Below, one piece after another: positions 1 to 10,600 of a stretch of 28,711 bases of DNA (positions are counted from its first letter, which is position 1; each line of letters starts with the position of its first letter). The stretch is from a virus (lineage: Duplodnaviria > Caudoviricetes): positions 1-28,711 of IMG/VR virus record IMGVR_UViG_3300038406_000046, one strand, 5' to 3'. A program made the position numbers and the translations under genes. Under the pieces are notes generated by a model. It was not told where the DNA came from. It saw only the letters and a program-made list of their open reading frames with translations, and ran no database searches.

Positions 1-1668
1 GTCCCGGGCCGTCGGAACATCTCGTTCGAGGACTTCCGCAGGGAGTACCTGGGCCGTGAGACGTACCCGCACCAGCGTGCGTGGATTCAGGCACTCGAGC
101 GTGGCGAGGTCGATGATGACCTCCCCGGTGAGTTCACCCGGAACAACCCGAACCGTCTTATCGTGAACGTCCCTCCGGGGCACAGCAAGAGCACGGTCAT
201 GACGGTGGAGTACCCCGTCTACCGCCTCTGCATGAACCCCGAGACGAGCATCGTCATCGTGGGCAAGACGCAGGAGAAGGCGAAGAAGTTCCTCTGGGCG
301 ATCAAGCAGCGCCTGACGGACCCCCGTTGGGCGAAGTTGCAGAAGGCGTACGCCCCTGAGGACGGCTTCAAGAAGAAGGGCGCCGAGTGGTCTTCCACGA
401 AGATCTACATCGGCTCCGACGTCACCTCCGAGGAGAAGGACCCGAGCGTCATGGCGCTCGGTATCCGTGGTGACCTTCAGGGGTCCCGCGTCCAGTTGAT
501 GATCCTGGACGACGCGGTGGACACGCTGAACGACCACCTCTGGGAGGACCAGAAGCAGTGGTTGGACGACATCGTCCAGTCCCGCCTGTACAGCGGTAAA
601 CTCCTGGTGATCGGCACCCGAGCCTCGAGCAAGGACCTCTACGCGGCCCTGCTCGACGGCGAGAACTTCATCTCGGGGCGCACCCCTTGGTCCCGGCTCA
701 AGCAGCCTGCGGTCCTCGCGTACGCGGACGAGCCGAAGGACTGGGTCACCCTGTGGCCTGAGTCTTCGCAGCCGTACGACCCGGACGACATCACGTCCCA
801 GGCGAACGAGTCGGGCTTGTACCCGGCGTTCGACGGTCCGAAGTTGGCTGAGATCCGTGCATCGATCTCGGCGGACCGGTGGGCGTTCCTGTACCAGCAG
901 GAGGACTCGTCTTCGGACAGCGTCTTCCAGAAGGAGTCCGTCTACGGTGCTGAGGTGAGCCGCCGGAAGGCTGGCCCCCTGCGCATGGGTGGCGCCCTGG
1001 TGCATGGCTCTGAGGGCATGTACACGATCGCGGGCATGGACCCGGCGATGTCTGGTGTCACGGCCATCACGGTCCTCAAGGTGGATCTGGTCAACGCACG
1101 GATGTACATCGAGAACGTGTACGCGAAGAAGGCCCCGTCGACCAAGTACTTCACGGACGCGATCCTGACGTACACGGCCGAGTACGGCGTGAACGAGTGG
1201 GTCATCGAGGCGAACGCCTTCCAGCAGTACCTGGTGTACGACGAGAACCTGATCCACGAACTGGCGATCCGGGGAGTGCGGCTGACCCCGCACACCACCG
1301 GTCGCAACAAGCGTGATGTGGACTTCGGTGTGGCGTCGATGGCTTCCCTGTTCGGCTCGGTGCGGGTGAACGCACAGGGCCAGCGGACGTTCAACCAGGA
1401 CAACACCATCGAACTGCCCGACCGGACCTCTAGTCCTGGCGTGGCGATCCTGATGGAGGAGTTGATCTCCTGGATGCCCGGCAAGGACGGCAAGCAGTTG
1501 CTCCAGGACACGGTCATGTCCCTGTGGTTCGCAGTGCTTCGCGCACGCGAGTCCCTGGGCTTCGGCAAGAAGTACCAGGAGCAGGTGACGACTCACGTTG
1601 AGTCGAAGTACATGAACCGTCGCCAGAGGCGGCGTCGGGTGATAGTGCCCGCTTCCAGTGTCTCGTGA
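1..1668 (+). CDS. terL: Terminase large subunit (5'-truncated; frame open from base 1)
   Basis: Frame 1 has no stop from base 1 to 1668. Walker A-like VNVPPGHSKST, Walker B LMILDD, coupling motif IGTR, RNase H-like nuclease start AGMDPA and C-terminal QDTVMSLWF. Directly upstream of the portal. Confidence 0.92.
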   Translation, partial: VPGRRNISFEDFRREYLGRETYPHQRAWIQALERGEVDDDLPGEFTRNNPNRLIVNVPPGHSKSTVMTVEYPVYRLCMNPETSIVIVGKTQEKAKKFLWAIKQRLTDPRWAKLQKAYAPEDGFKKKGAEWSSTKIYIGSDVTSEEKDPSVMALGIRGDLQGSRVQLMILDDAVDTLNDHLWEDQKQWLDDIVQSRLYSGKLLVIGTRASSKDLYAALLDGENFISGRTPWSRLKQPAVLAYADEPKDWVTLWPESSQPYDPDDITSQANESGLYPAFDGPKLAEIRASISADRWAFLYQQEDSSSDSVFQKESVYGAEVSRRKAGPLRMGGALVHGSEGMYTIAGMDPAMSGVTAITVLKVDLVNARMYIENVYAKKAPSTKYFTDAILTYTAEYGVNEWVIEANAFQQYLVYDENLIHELAIRGVRLTPHTTGRNKRDVDFGVASMASLFGSVRVNAQGQRTFNQDNTIELPDRTSSPGVAILMEELISWMPGKDGKQLLQDTVMSLWFAVLRARESLGFGKKYQEQVTTHVESKYMNRRQRRRRVIVPASSVS

Positions 1669-1681
1669 GGAGGTGCGACAG

Positions 1682-3496
1682 TTGACCGATCTCTACAACC
1701 AGGACATCACCCAGCGGGTGATGCTCCTGTCCCAGCACTACACCCTCCGCGACACGACAGCCCAGAAGGTGCTAAACGTCCGCCGTGGTGACTGGGACAA
1801 GGTGGACCCGGACGCGTTCAGCGAGGAGTACCCTCGCCCGATCGTCGCGAACATCATCGACGTACAGGCGCGTCACGCCACTGCCGCACTCTCCCCGATG
1901 CCGATGATCCGGTGCCGGGTCTCGGTTGATGGCGCGTCGCAGCGGTCGAAGGACCGCGCGAGCCAGCGCACGAAGATCGTGAACCACTACCTTGAGGCGT
2001 CTCGGGTCGAGTTCCAGATGCAGAAGGGTGCGGACCAGTTCTACACCTTCGGCATGATCGTGGCCGAGATCGTCCCGAACTTCGAGGAGAAGCGACCGGA
2101 GATCCGGGTGCGGGACGCTCAGTACGTGTACCCGGTGTGGGACTCGCAGATGCGCACCGTCGAGGTGGCGCAGCGGTTCGACAAGCGGATCGTGGAACTC
2201 GAAGCCCAGTACCCTGAGGTGGCTCCCGCGCTGCGGAACCACCGCCTGGACCACTCGAAGACGTACGTCGAGGTGTACCGGCACGACGACGGCAAGAAGA
2301 TCACGCTGCTGATCCCTTCGATCGGTGACGGCCTGGTCCTGAACCAGATGGACAACCCGCTCGGGCGCTGCCTCACGGTCTGCACCCCGAAGCACACGGT
2401 GGATGGTTACATCCGTGGCGCCTTCGACGACCTGATCTGGTCGCAGTTGGCTCGCAACGAGGTCCAGATGTTGACGCTCGAGGCGATCCGTGACGCGGTG
2501 GAGGCTCCCTTCATCCTGCCGACGGACGTCGCGAACGTAGCGATCGGTCCGAAGGCTGTCATCCGTACGAACAACCCGCAGGGTGCGGGTCGCCTGCGCA
2601 TGGACATCCCAGCCCAGGCGTTCGGGCAGATCGAGATGTTCGAGCAGGAGATGCACAAGGGTGCGATCTCCCCGCCCGCACTAGGCGGCACGATCGATGC
2701 TTCGGTGGTCACGGGCAAGGGCGTCCAGGAACTGATGGGTGGCTACTCCCAGCAGATCGCCATGGACCAGCAGACCCTGATCGGGTTCTTCCGCCAACTG
2801 GTCGAGATGTGCATCCGCATGGATCTCGCCCTCTGGCCGGAGGAGACGAAGACCTGCTCGGGCATCAAGGGTGGTGCCGAGTACGAGTTCACGTACAAGC
2901 CTGAGCGCGACCTCGAGGGCAAGACCGAGGTCGACGTCAACTACGGGACGAGCACGGGCATGGACCCGAACCGTCACGTCGTGTACTTGCTCCAGTTGCT
3001 GGCTGCGGGTCTGATGTCGAAGGACACGGTGCTGCGGCAACTGCCCGGCAACGTGGACCCGTCGGAGGAACTCTCGAAGGTTCAGGTGGAGCAGTCCCGG
3101 GATGCAATCCTGGCGGCGATCCAGGGCATGGCCCAGTCGATCGCCTCTCTGGCGGCGAATGGCGCACCCCCGGAGGCCGTGGCTGCGATCGTGTTCCAAC
3201 TCGCGGACTTCACGGACGAACTGGAGAAGGGCGGGCAGATCGAGGCGATCGCCCGCAAGATCTTCGCACCGCCGGAGCCTCCCCCCGAGGAGGCGATGGC
3301 ACCCGCCTCGCCCGAGGAGCAGTTGATGGCTGCGATGGGTGGTGGCGGGGATCCTGCTGCTGCAGCCGCGATGGGTGGCGGTGTACCAGTACCGCCCGCC
3401 GAGGGGCCGGAGCAGATGCTCCAGTCGTTCTTCGGGAACCTGCAGGGCGGGGCGCCGAACCTCCAGGTTAGCGGCTCCACCCGGCAAGCCTTCTAG
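1682..3496 (+). CDS. Portal protein
   Basis: ~600-aa ORF after terL with portal-like segments (PIVANIID, PFILPTDV...IGPKAVIRT) and a Pro/Ala/Gly-rich tail. Start placed at in-frame TTG 1682 behind RBS GAGGAGG (1667-1673), not the track's GTG 1658. Confidence 0.85.
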   Translation: MTDLYNQDITQRVMLLSQHYTLRDTTAQKVLNVRRGDWDKVDPDAFSEEYPRPIVANIIDVQARHATAALSPMPMIRCRVSVDGASQRSKDRASQRTKIVNHYLEASRVEFQMQKGADQFYTFGMIVAEIVPNFEEKRPEIRVRDAQYVYPVWDSQMRTVEVAQRFDKRIVELEAQYPEVAPALRNHRLDHSKTYVEVYRHDDGKKITLLIPSIGDGLVLNQMDNPLGRCLTVCTPKHTVDGYIRGAFDDLIWSQLARNEVQMLTLEAIRDAVEAPFILPTDVANVAIGPKAVIRTNNPQGAGRLRMDIPAQAFGQIEMFEQEMHKGAISPPALGGTIDASVVTGKGVQELMGGYSQQIAMDQQTLIGFFRQLVEMCIRMDLALWPEETKTCSGIKGGAEYEFTYKPERDLEGKTEVDVNYGTSTGMDPNRHVVYLLQLLAAGLMSKDTVLRQLPGNVDPSEELSKVQVEQSRDAILAAIQGMAQSIASLAANGAPPEAVAAIVFQLADFTDELEKGGQIEAIARKIFAPPEPPPEEAMAPASPEEQLMAAMGGGGDPAAAAAMGGGVPVPPAEGPEQMLQSFFGNLQGGAPNLQVSGSTRQAF

Positions 3497-3511
3497 CAAG
3501 GAGACAGCATC

Positions 3512-3739
3512 ATGAGCGACGAGACTCAAAGCCACATCCGACCGGCGCGGGCCAACCTGGCCGACGTCGCGCTGGTCTTCATCACGTTCTTCCGTGGCTG
3601 CGCAGATGCAGCGGTCGACGCGTGGAACGTCATGGAGGCTATGGCCGCGAGCCACTCGGAGTACACGATGCAGAAGCAGTCGTTCGCCCGTGAAGCGGGC
3701 GCCGACATCGAGCGACTGACGGGAGGCGAGGATGGCTGA
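3512..3739 (+). CDS. Hypothetical protein (75 aa)
   Basis: RBS AAGGAG upstream, phage-like codon use, stop overlaps the next start. Confidence 0.7.
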   Translation: MSDETQSHIRPARANLADVALVFITFFRGCADAAVDAWNVMEAMAASHSEYTMQKQSFAREAGADIERLTGGEDG

Positions 3740-4211
3740 TCTTCGAGAGACCATCGACCGCTCCCGCGTCCAGAAGCCCTTCATCGGCTCCTGTAGCCGG
3801 TGCGGTCGCCAGGCACCAGAGGCGCAGTTCGGAACCCGCATCCGGACGCTCGCCAGCGGGCGGGTCGAGATGTGGCGCACCACCTGCGATGACTGCCTCA
3901 ACGCCCGGAAGCGGGCTCGGGACAGGCTGGGTGAGCACGGGATGCCGAAGTCCAGGGCGTACTACCTCAAGAGCCGCTACGGCATCACGCCAGAGCAGTG
4001 GTTCGAGATGTGGGCCGCGCAGGGTGAGTGCTGCGCGGTCTGCCGGTCAGAGACTACCGACGGCAAGTACTGGCACCTGGATCACGATCACGCCACAGGC
4101 AAGGTTCGCGGAATCCTGTGCCACGGGTGCAACACCGGTCTCGGCAACTTCGGAGACGACATCGCGCGCATGAGGCGCGCCATCGAGTACCTGGAGGCTC
4201 ACCTTGGCTAA
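3732..4211 (+). CDS. Endonuclease VII-family (His-Me/HNH) endonuclease, probably a free-standing homing endonuclease
   Basis: YGIT...QGECCAVC...HLDHDHATGKVRGILCHGCNTGLG matches the recombination endonuclease VII signature. Extra N-terminal CxxC...CxxC (CSRC/CDDC). Confidence 0.9.
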   Translation: MADLRETIDRSRVQKPFIGSCSRCGRQAPEAQFGTRIRTLASGRVEMWRTTCDDCLNARKRARDRLGEHGMPKSRAYYLKSRYGITPEQWFEMWAAQGECCAVCRSETTDGKYWHLDHDHATGKVRGILCHGCNTGLGNFGDDIARMRRAIEYLEAHLG

Positions 4212-4668
4212 AAAGAGCATCGAAGGACAGTGGGGCGGCTACCGCAAGCCGGGCAACCCTGCGTCCGTCTCAGGTCCTGGCGCGCTCGCGAAGCGCACTG
4301 ACGGCGCCCCGGCGATCGGCTCAGCCGGTGGCGAAGACTACGGTGAGGCGCAGGCCCTCAAGGACCTGCAGCGTGACACCCCCACCCAGTCCGTCTCGGC
4401 TGGTGGCAATCCTGGTGGCGGAGGTGGTGGGATGGCGATGCCAGCCCCTACCCCGTTCGACGCGCCGGGCAGCATGGACACCCCGGTCACTGACGGGGCA
4501 GCCCTCGGTGACGGCGCTGGCCTCTCAGCCCTGGGGCTGGACCCCAAAACCGAGTCCCGCAACCTGTCCCCCGGGATGATCCAACTGATGCTCGCCGCCT
4601 CACAGCGGCGGGACGCTTCCCCCTCCTTCCGCAAGTTGGTTCGGAGGGCCATAGCAGAAAGAGGGTGA
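4204..4668 (+). CDS. Hypothetical low-complexity virion-module protein (154 aa)
   Basis: TTG start behind GGAGG (4193-4197), coupled to the endonuclease stop. Gly/Pro/Ala-rich, N-terminal GGYRKPGNPASVSGPGALAKRTDG. Confidence 0.72.
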   Translation: MAKKSIEGQWGGYRKPGNPASVSGPGALAKRTDGAPAIGSAGGEDYGEAQALKDLQRDTPTQSVSAGGNPGGGGGGMAMPAPTPFDAPGSMDTPVTDGAALGDGAGLSALGLDPKTESRNLSPGMIQLMLAASQRRDASPSFRKLVRRAIAERG

Positions 4669-4672
4669 TCCC

Positions 4673-7600
4673 GTGGCTTCATTTTGGGACCGCGTAGGGG
4701 CTGTTGCTACTGGGATCGCCCAGGCTGGCCTGAACACCGTGACCGGTGGTGGGCTGAACCTCCTGACGACGGCTCTGAACTGGGCCAGGGAGACGAAGAC
4801 TGTTCGTGACTCGTCCGGGTTCGGGCGGGCCGCGTACGACTACCTGCAGAACACCACGGACTCGGTCCGGAACCTCGCCAGCGCGCCTGGCGCGCCCGTG
4901 AAGTGGGACGGCGGCAAGTTGCGCATGAAGCGCGCCGACGAGTCTGCCTGGCAGCCCGTGGACGAGATCGTGGACGAGAATCTGGCCGCCGTCCAGGGTG
5001 GCTGGGAGGCCGTGAAGGGTGTTCCGGTCATCGGCGACGCTGCCGGGTTGGTGGCGGGTGGCGTGGCTAACGCGTTCGCCGAGTACGACGAGAACGTCAT
5101 TCAGCCGGTCTTCAACTACGCGAAGGCGACCGACCGGCACTACATAAACCTGATGACCAAGCACGACCAGACCGGGGATTTCGGCTACGCCGCCGAGGGT
5201 CTGGGTACCCTCTTCGGTCTGGGTGGGCTGATCGGTGGTGACGAGTTCGACCTCGAGTTCGAGAACGCTGCCCGCTACTCCATCGGCCAGCAGGTCGTGG
5301 CGGAGGCTACTGGCAAGTTCTCTTGGGACGCCGAGACGGGCCGCATGGTGGCCCCCCTGCTCGACGACCCGAATCAGGAGCAGCAGCGCCAGGAGTACTT
5401 CTCCCGGGGCTGGCAGAGGTTCTTCTCTGGCACCCTGGACATCGCCGCGAACATCGGCCTGGACCCGGCTACGTACGTCACGCTGGGTGCTGGCACGGTC
5501 ATCCGTGGTGCGTCCACCGCGACAGCGGATGTCGTCCAGACGGCCGGTCGCACCTCTCGAGGTGCTGAGGCGGCGTCGCTAGCCGATGAGGCTCGCTGGA
5601 TCGAGACCACGGACGCAGACCTGCTTGGTCAGCGCACGGTCAAGGACCTCAAGGACCTCCTCAAGGAGGACGGTCTTCCCACGTCGGGCAAGAAGGCTGA
5701 CCTGGTGGACCGCCTGACTGCGCGCGAGCGCAAGATCCCCGAGGGTGCACAGTTCGACCCGAAGGCGGGCACCTACGTGCCCGAGGGGTCGTCGTTCGTT
5801 CAGAAGAGTCAAGGCCTGCGCGAGCGCATCGGCCTGGACCCTGAGCGGAACTTCAAGGCCAACTACGAGAAGATCACCGACTGGGTGATCGAGAACGGCG
5901 AGAAGGCCGGTTCGATCGCGGACCTCAAGAACAACCCGCTGATGCGGCAACTGGACGACTCGGGCCCTGTGCTCGACGCCCTGCACTCAGCGAAGAAGTA
6001 CGGCGACCAGCAGAGCCTGGGCGACCTGGAGATGCGCGGCCTGCTGGACGATGTTCTTCTGTCGTCGATGGGCTCCACCCAGGCCACCGCTCGCGTCCAG
6101 AAGTTCTCGCGAAAGTTGTACGCGGACATGATCGACATCGAGCACGCCCTCGGCGAGGGCCGCAAGTCGGTCATGGCTTCTCCGTACATCCCGTTCAAGG
6201 ACAAGTTGGACGCGTTCGAGACGGACCCGGCTGTCAAGGTCCAGATCGAGGCGATCGCTGACGACATGCGCGTGGCGGCCACGAAGTTGGACCGCCTGCA
6301 GAACCAGGTGGTCGGCAAGGGTGTGCGGGCTCACAACGCCGTAGGGCGAGGTGTGTACGCTGCCCCGGGTGCGATCCGCAAGGGGATCGACGCAGGGATG
6401 ACGGGCGTCTACAAGACGTTCCGACCCAACGGCACCGCTGGTCCCCGAGTCCACCTCATGAACGGCGTCCGCCTGCCCAACACGCTGAACTTCGCCTCCC
6501 TGAACGTGGTGGAGGAGTTCAACCAGCATGTGGATGAGGCTCTCGTGACGCTCAAGAAGGAGCGCCTCGAGACCCCGGACGGTCGGCTGGACATCGACGA
6601 CGAGGCTCTGGATGTGCTGACGCGCTTCAAGGACGAGTTCGCCAAGACGGAGGACCCGATCGGGCGCCGTAACGCGGACGCGCTCGCTGCGCGTCGCCGC
6701 GCCCTGTTCGAGGACTTCCAGGTCGCCACCCGCGACGCCATGGTCCACAAGTTGACGGCCAAGGTCGTCGCCAGGCAGCAGAAGGCTGGGAACGCCATCA
6801 ACTCGGAGCAGATCCGCTCCGAGGTCGACACGTGGATGCTTGAGTACGAGAAGCAGTCGAAGGCCACGGTGGAGGGTTTCCACCGCAAGCGTAACGACAC
6901 CGATCCGGCTCACATCTCGAACGAGTACATCGCCCTGTCGGACAACGACTTCGTGGTCCCTCACCAGGGGCTGGCGGCGGCGTTGGACAAGGCCACGCCG
7001 ACGACGTCTCACCGGTTCCGGTTCGATGCCTTCGAGGAGTTCTTCTCCAAGAAGTTTGAACTGGGCAAGGTCTTCAACGACGTCACCCCGGAGGGGGTGT
7101 CGGTGCGTACGATCGCTGGCGAGATCGGTGACGAGATCAACGACCACCTCAAGTGGCTGCTGCTCGGCCGCCCGGTCGCGTACTCGGTGCGTAACGCGTT
7201 CGAGTCGTCCCAGCGCATCCTGGCAACCCAGGACGTGCTGACGGCGTTCGCTACGATGGGTCGCGGCCTGCTGAACGGCGGCGCGAACATGCGTCGCGTG
7301 TCCCCCGACCAGGTGCGTCTCGCCGAGGCTCAGTTGAACCACTCCATCATGGAGCGGCGTCTAATGGAGGAGCGTGCGGATCTCGAGCAGATCCACACGA
7401 TTCACCAGTCGACTGCTGAGTCGCTCAAGCGGAAGCACAAGTCATCCGGCTCGGAGTTCAACCGGGCTGCGGAGATCCAGGCCCGCATGGACCTGGTCGA
7501 CGAGCAGATCGAGCGCTCCCGGCAGATCACGAACATGACACCGGACGAGTGGCGGGCACGCATCAAGGAGCGTGCTGGCCTTGGGCTCGAGAAGCAGATC

Positions 7601-10600
7601 TCCGATTTCGAGCAGGACCTGGCCACCCGCCAGGCTTCCCTCGAGCGGATCGACGGCCTCAAGGAGCCGACGGCTTCGGACCTGCACCTGCGGGACGAGA
7701 TCGGCGAGGACATTGAGATGCGCACCCAGGCCCTTGCGGAGGCTCGCAAGGCGAAGGAGGCAGCCTCGGCCGCTCGTGCTGCAGAGTCTCGCAAGAGGGT
7801 TCCTCGCGGCAAGACGGTGCTGCGGAAGGGTGCAGGCTTCGAGGGCGGGCTGGACCCGCACACGGGCCTGTTCGTCCCTCCGTCGCTCCTGAACGCCTAC
7901 GACAACCCGCTGGCGATGCAGCAGCACGTCACGGACTCGTTCGAGTCGGTGAACCGGATGATCGAGACCTCAACCGCCAAGTGGGGGAACCGGGAGTTCC
8001 GCATCAGGAACCGCGAGATCTCCTACTCCACGGACACGAAGGTCGCCCAGGAGTGGAACGAGAACTACGCCGCCCTGGTGAACAACCGCATCCGGAAGGA
8101 CGCGGGGGCCATGCAGTACGCCCTGACCCAGCGTGAGGATGACCTGCTGCGGTGGGCCACTGACGAGGTTGAGGGCCAGGCGTGGGCCAAGCAGTTCACA
8201 GGCTCCACGGGCATGACGCTGGAGGGCCTGGTCGACGAGACGGTTGCTCTGGTCGACGAGTTGCTCCCGACGGGTCGTCACCTGTCGATCGCTGCTCGGC
8301 GCGATCTTGCGCCGGACGAGGTCGACGAGATGTGGACCCAGGCGAAGGCCATGACTCCTCAGGAGGCTCAGGCCAAGTTCAAGGAGGCTCAGGGGGTCAC
8401 TCAGAAGCAGATCGGGGACCTGGATCAGCGGATCGAGGTCCTGGAGGGCAGGATCGCCGAGATGCGTTCCCCGGCCCTTACGCCGCGAGGCCAGCAGGCC
8501 GCAACCGGCCAGGGTGAACTCCCGATCGGCGTTCGCAGTCGACGCACCAAGCCCCTGAGCGCCACCCAGCGGAAACTGCTGGACCGCATGACGAAGCAGC
8601 GCAACGAACTGATCACCGAACGGCAGAGCCGGTTGGGCGAGGACTCCACAAGGGAACTCGCTCGAGAGACTCACGTCGCCGAGGCTCAGCGTATTGCGCG
8701 GCCTACGCTGTCTGTCCCGGAGCGGGCGTTCCAGGACATCGTGGAGACTGGGCAGCGACCGAGGGGCTTCGATGCTGCGTACGCTGGCGTGAAGGATGCC
8801 AGGGACCGGTACTTCCACGCGTTCTCGGCTGTGCCTGAGGGCGTGTGGTCTCGGCATCCTCTGTTCGTGATGAAGTTCCAGAGCGAACTGAACAACGTGC
8901 TGCAGGCCAAGGGCGTGAAGCCCACGGGCCGTCGAGGCAAGGCCACCGAGGCGGACGCCTCGGACTACCTGTCCCTCGAGGACATCAACCGGTCGGTGGA
9001 GGCGGCCCGGAAGCGGGCTCGCCGGTACGTGACGGACACCCTGTACGACACGTCTCGCCGGACCAATCTGCAGCACCACCTGCGTTACCTCTCGCCGTTC
9101 TTCGCGGCGTGGCAGGACTCGTTCGTGAAGTGGACGAAGATCTCGCTGGACCAGCCGCTCGTGCCGTACCTGGGCTACCAGGGGTACGAGGAACTGCCGA
9201 ACGTGTTTGCCGGAGCCCACGTCGTGGACGAGGACGGCAACTACATCGGCGATGACGGCCAGGTGCACGAGTACAACCCGGTGACGCGGGAGATCGGTGC
9301 GCCGATCGAAGGCAAGGTTGTGAACCCGAACACGGGCACCATCCTGTGGAGGGTTCCGGGTCCGGTCGGGGACTGGATGGAAGACGTGGCTGGCGTGACG
9401 AACCTGCGCATCCCGCGCACGACGTTCAACGTCGCGTTCCAGGGTGAGAACCCTGCCATCCCGGGCTTTGGCGGCTTCGTCTCCGTGCCCTACGGTGAGA
9501 TCGTTCGCAAGTCCCCGTGGGCTGCCAACATGGCAGAGAGGACGGGGCTGGACAAGATCATCGCCCCGTACGGCCCTGGTGGTCGAGTGGGTGAGGAGGG
9601 TGTTCCTTCCTGGCTGCAGAAGGCTTTCGACTTCTTCAACCAGAACGACGAGCCCGGCAAGCGGGCGTTCGCCATGCTGTACCAGGCCCAGTTGAACGCT
9701 GAGGCCCTGGGGCAGACGGAGCCCCTGTCCCGCGACGCCCGGGACAAGTTGGTCGATGGTCGCGTAGGGATGTGGCAGTTCTTCAACATGACTGGAGCCC
9801 AGTCACCGTTCTCGGTGAGCATGGACTCGACCATGCGGGCTGCTTCGGACCTGTTCTACGACTCGTACTCGAGCCGCATCGGTGACGGTGAGGGGGAGTA
9901 CCCGACATACACGGCCGCAGTCGCTGCGTTCAACGCGGACTTCCCGGAGTTCGCGAACGCGGGGATCTCGGTTCGTGCGGACGACTCCGGCATCAACGCC
10001 TCCTACGGCGCGCAGAACGCTGCCGAGAAGTGGCGTACTGCGATCGGCAAGGACCCGGCTCTGGCGCGTGTCCTGATCGGCCCCACAACGGCCGACTCGG
10101 GGGATTACAACGACGCCATCGCTCAGTACCAGCGGACGGACCAGGTGATCCCTGGTGGGTCCTCCTGGCGGGCGGGTCTCACGGACAAGAACATCTCCGA
10201 GGTGATCTTGGTTGAGAACGGGAAGCGCGAGTGGTCCCGGTTCAACATGCTCCTCTCGGAGGTCGCGGAAGAGCGCGGCCTCGAGTGGGAGGATCCTCAG
10301 TTGTCCAGCCTCCGCAAGAGGTTCCGGGACGACTACATGGCCACGAACCACGGGGAGTGGTACGCGGAATACACCTCGGACTCGTACAACAAGAACGAGG
10401 TGGTCAAGACCCTGGCTGGCGCCTACGAAGCGATCCTGTCCAGCCCCGAGCACCTGGAGACGACGCCTCACCTGGCGACGCTCAAGGAGTACATCGAGGG
10501 TCGGGAGCAGGTGAAGTTGGCTATGGAGCAGCAGGGGTTCGCAACAGCGACGAGCCAGGAGTTCGAGGCTTCCGAGTTGGGTTACGCCTGGTCGACGTTC

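Noticed and set aside
3732-4211. Group I intron or intein housing the endonuclease
   Set aside because: The ORF overlaps both neighbours, leaving no room for intron core sequence, and the flanking genes have their own starts and stops.
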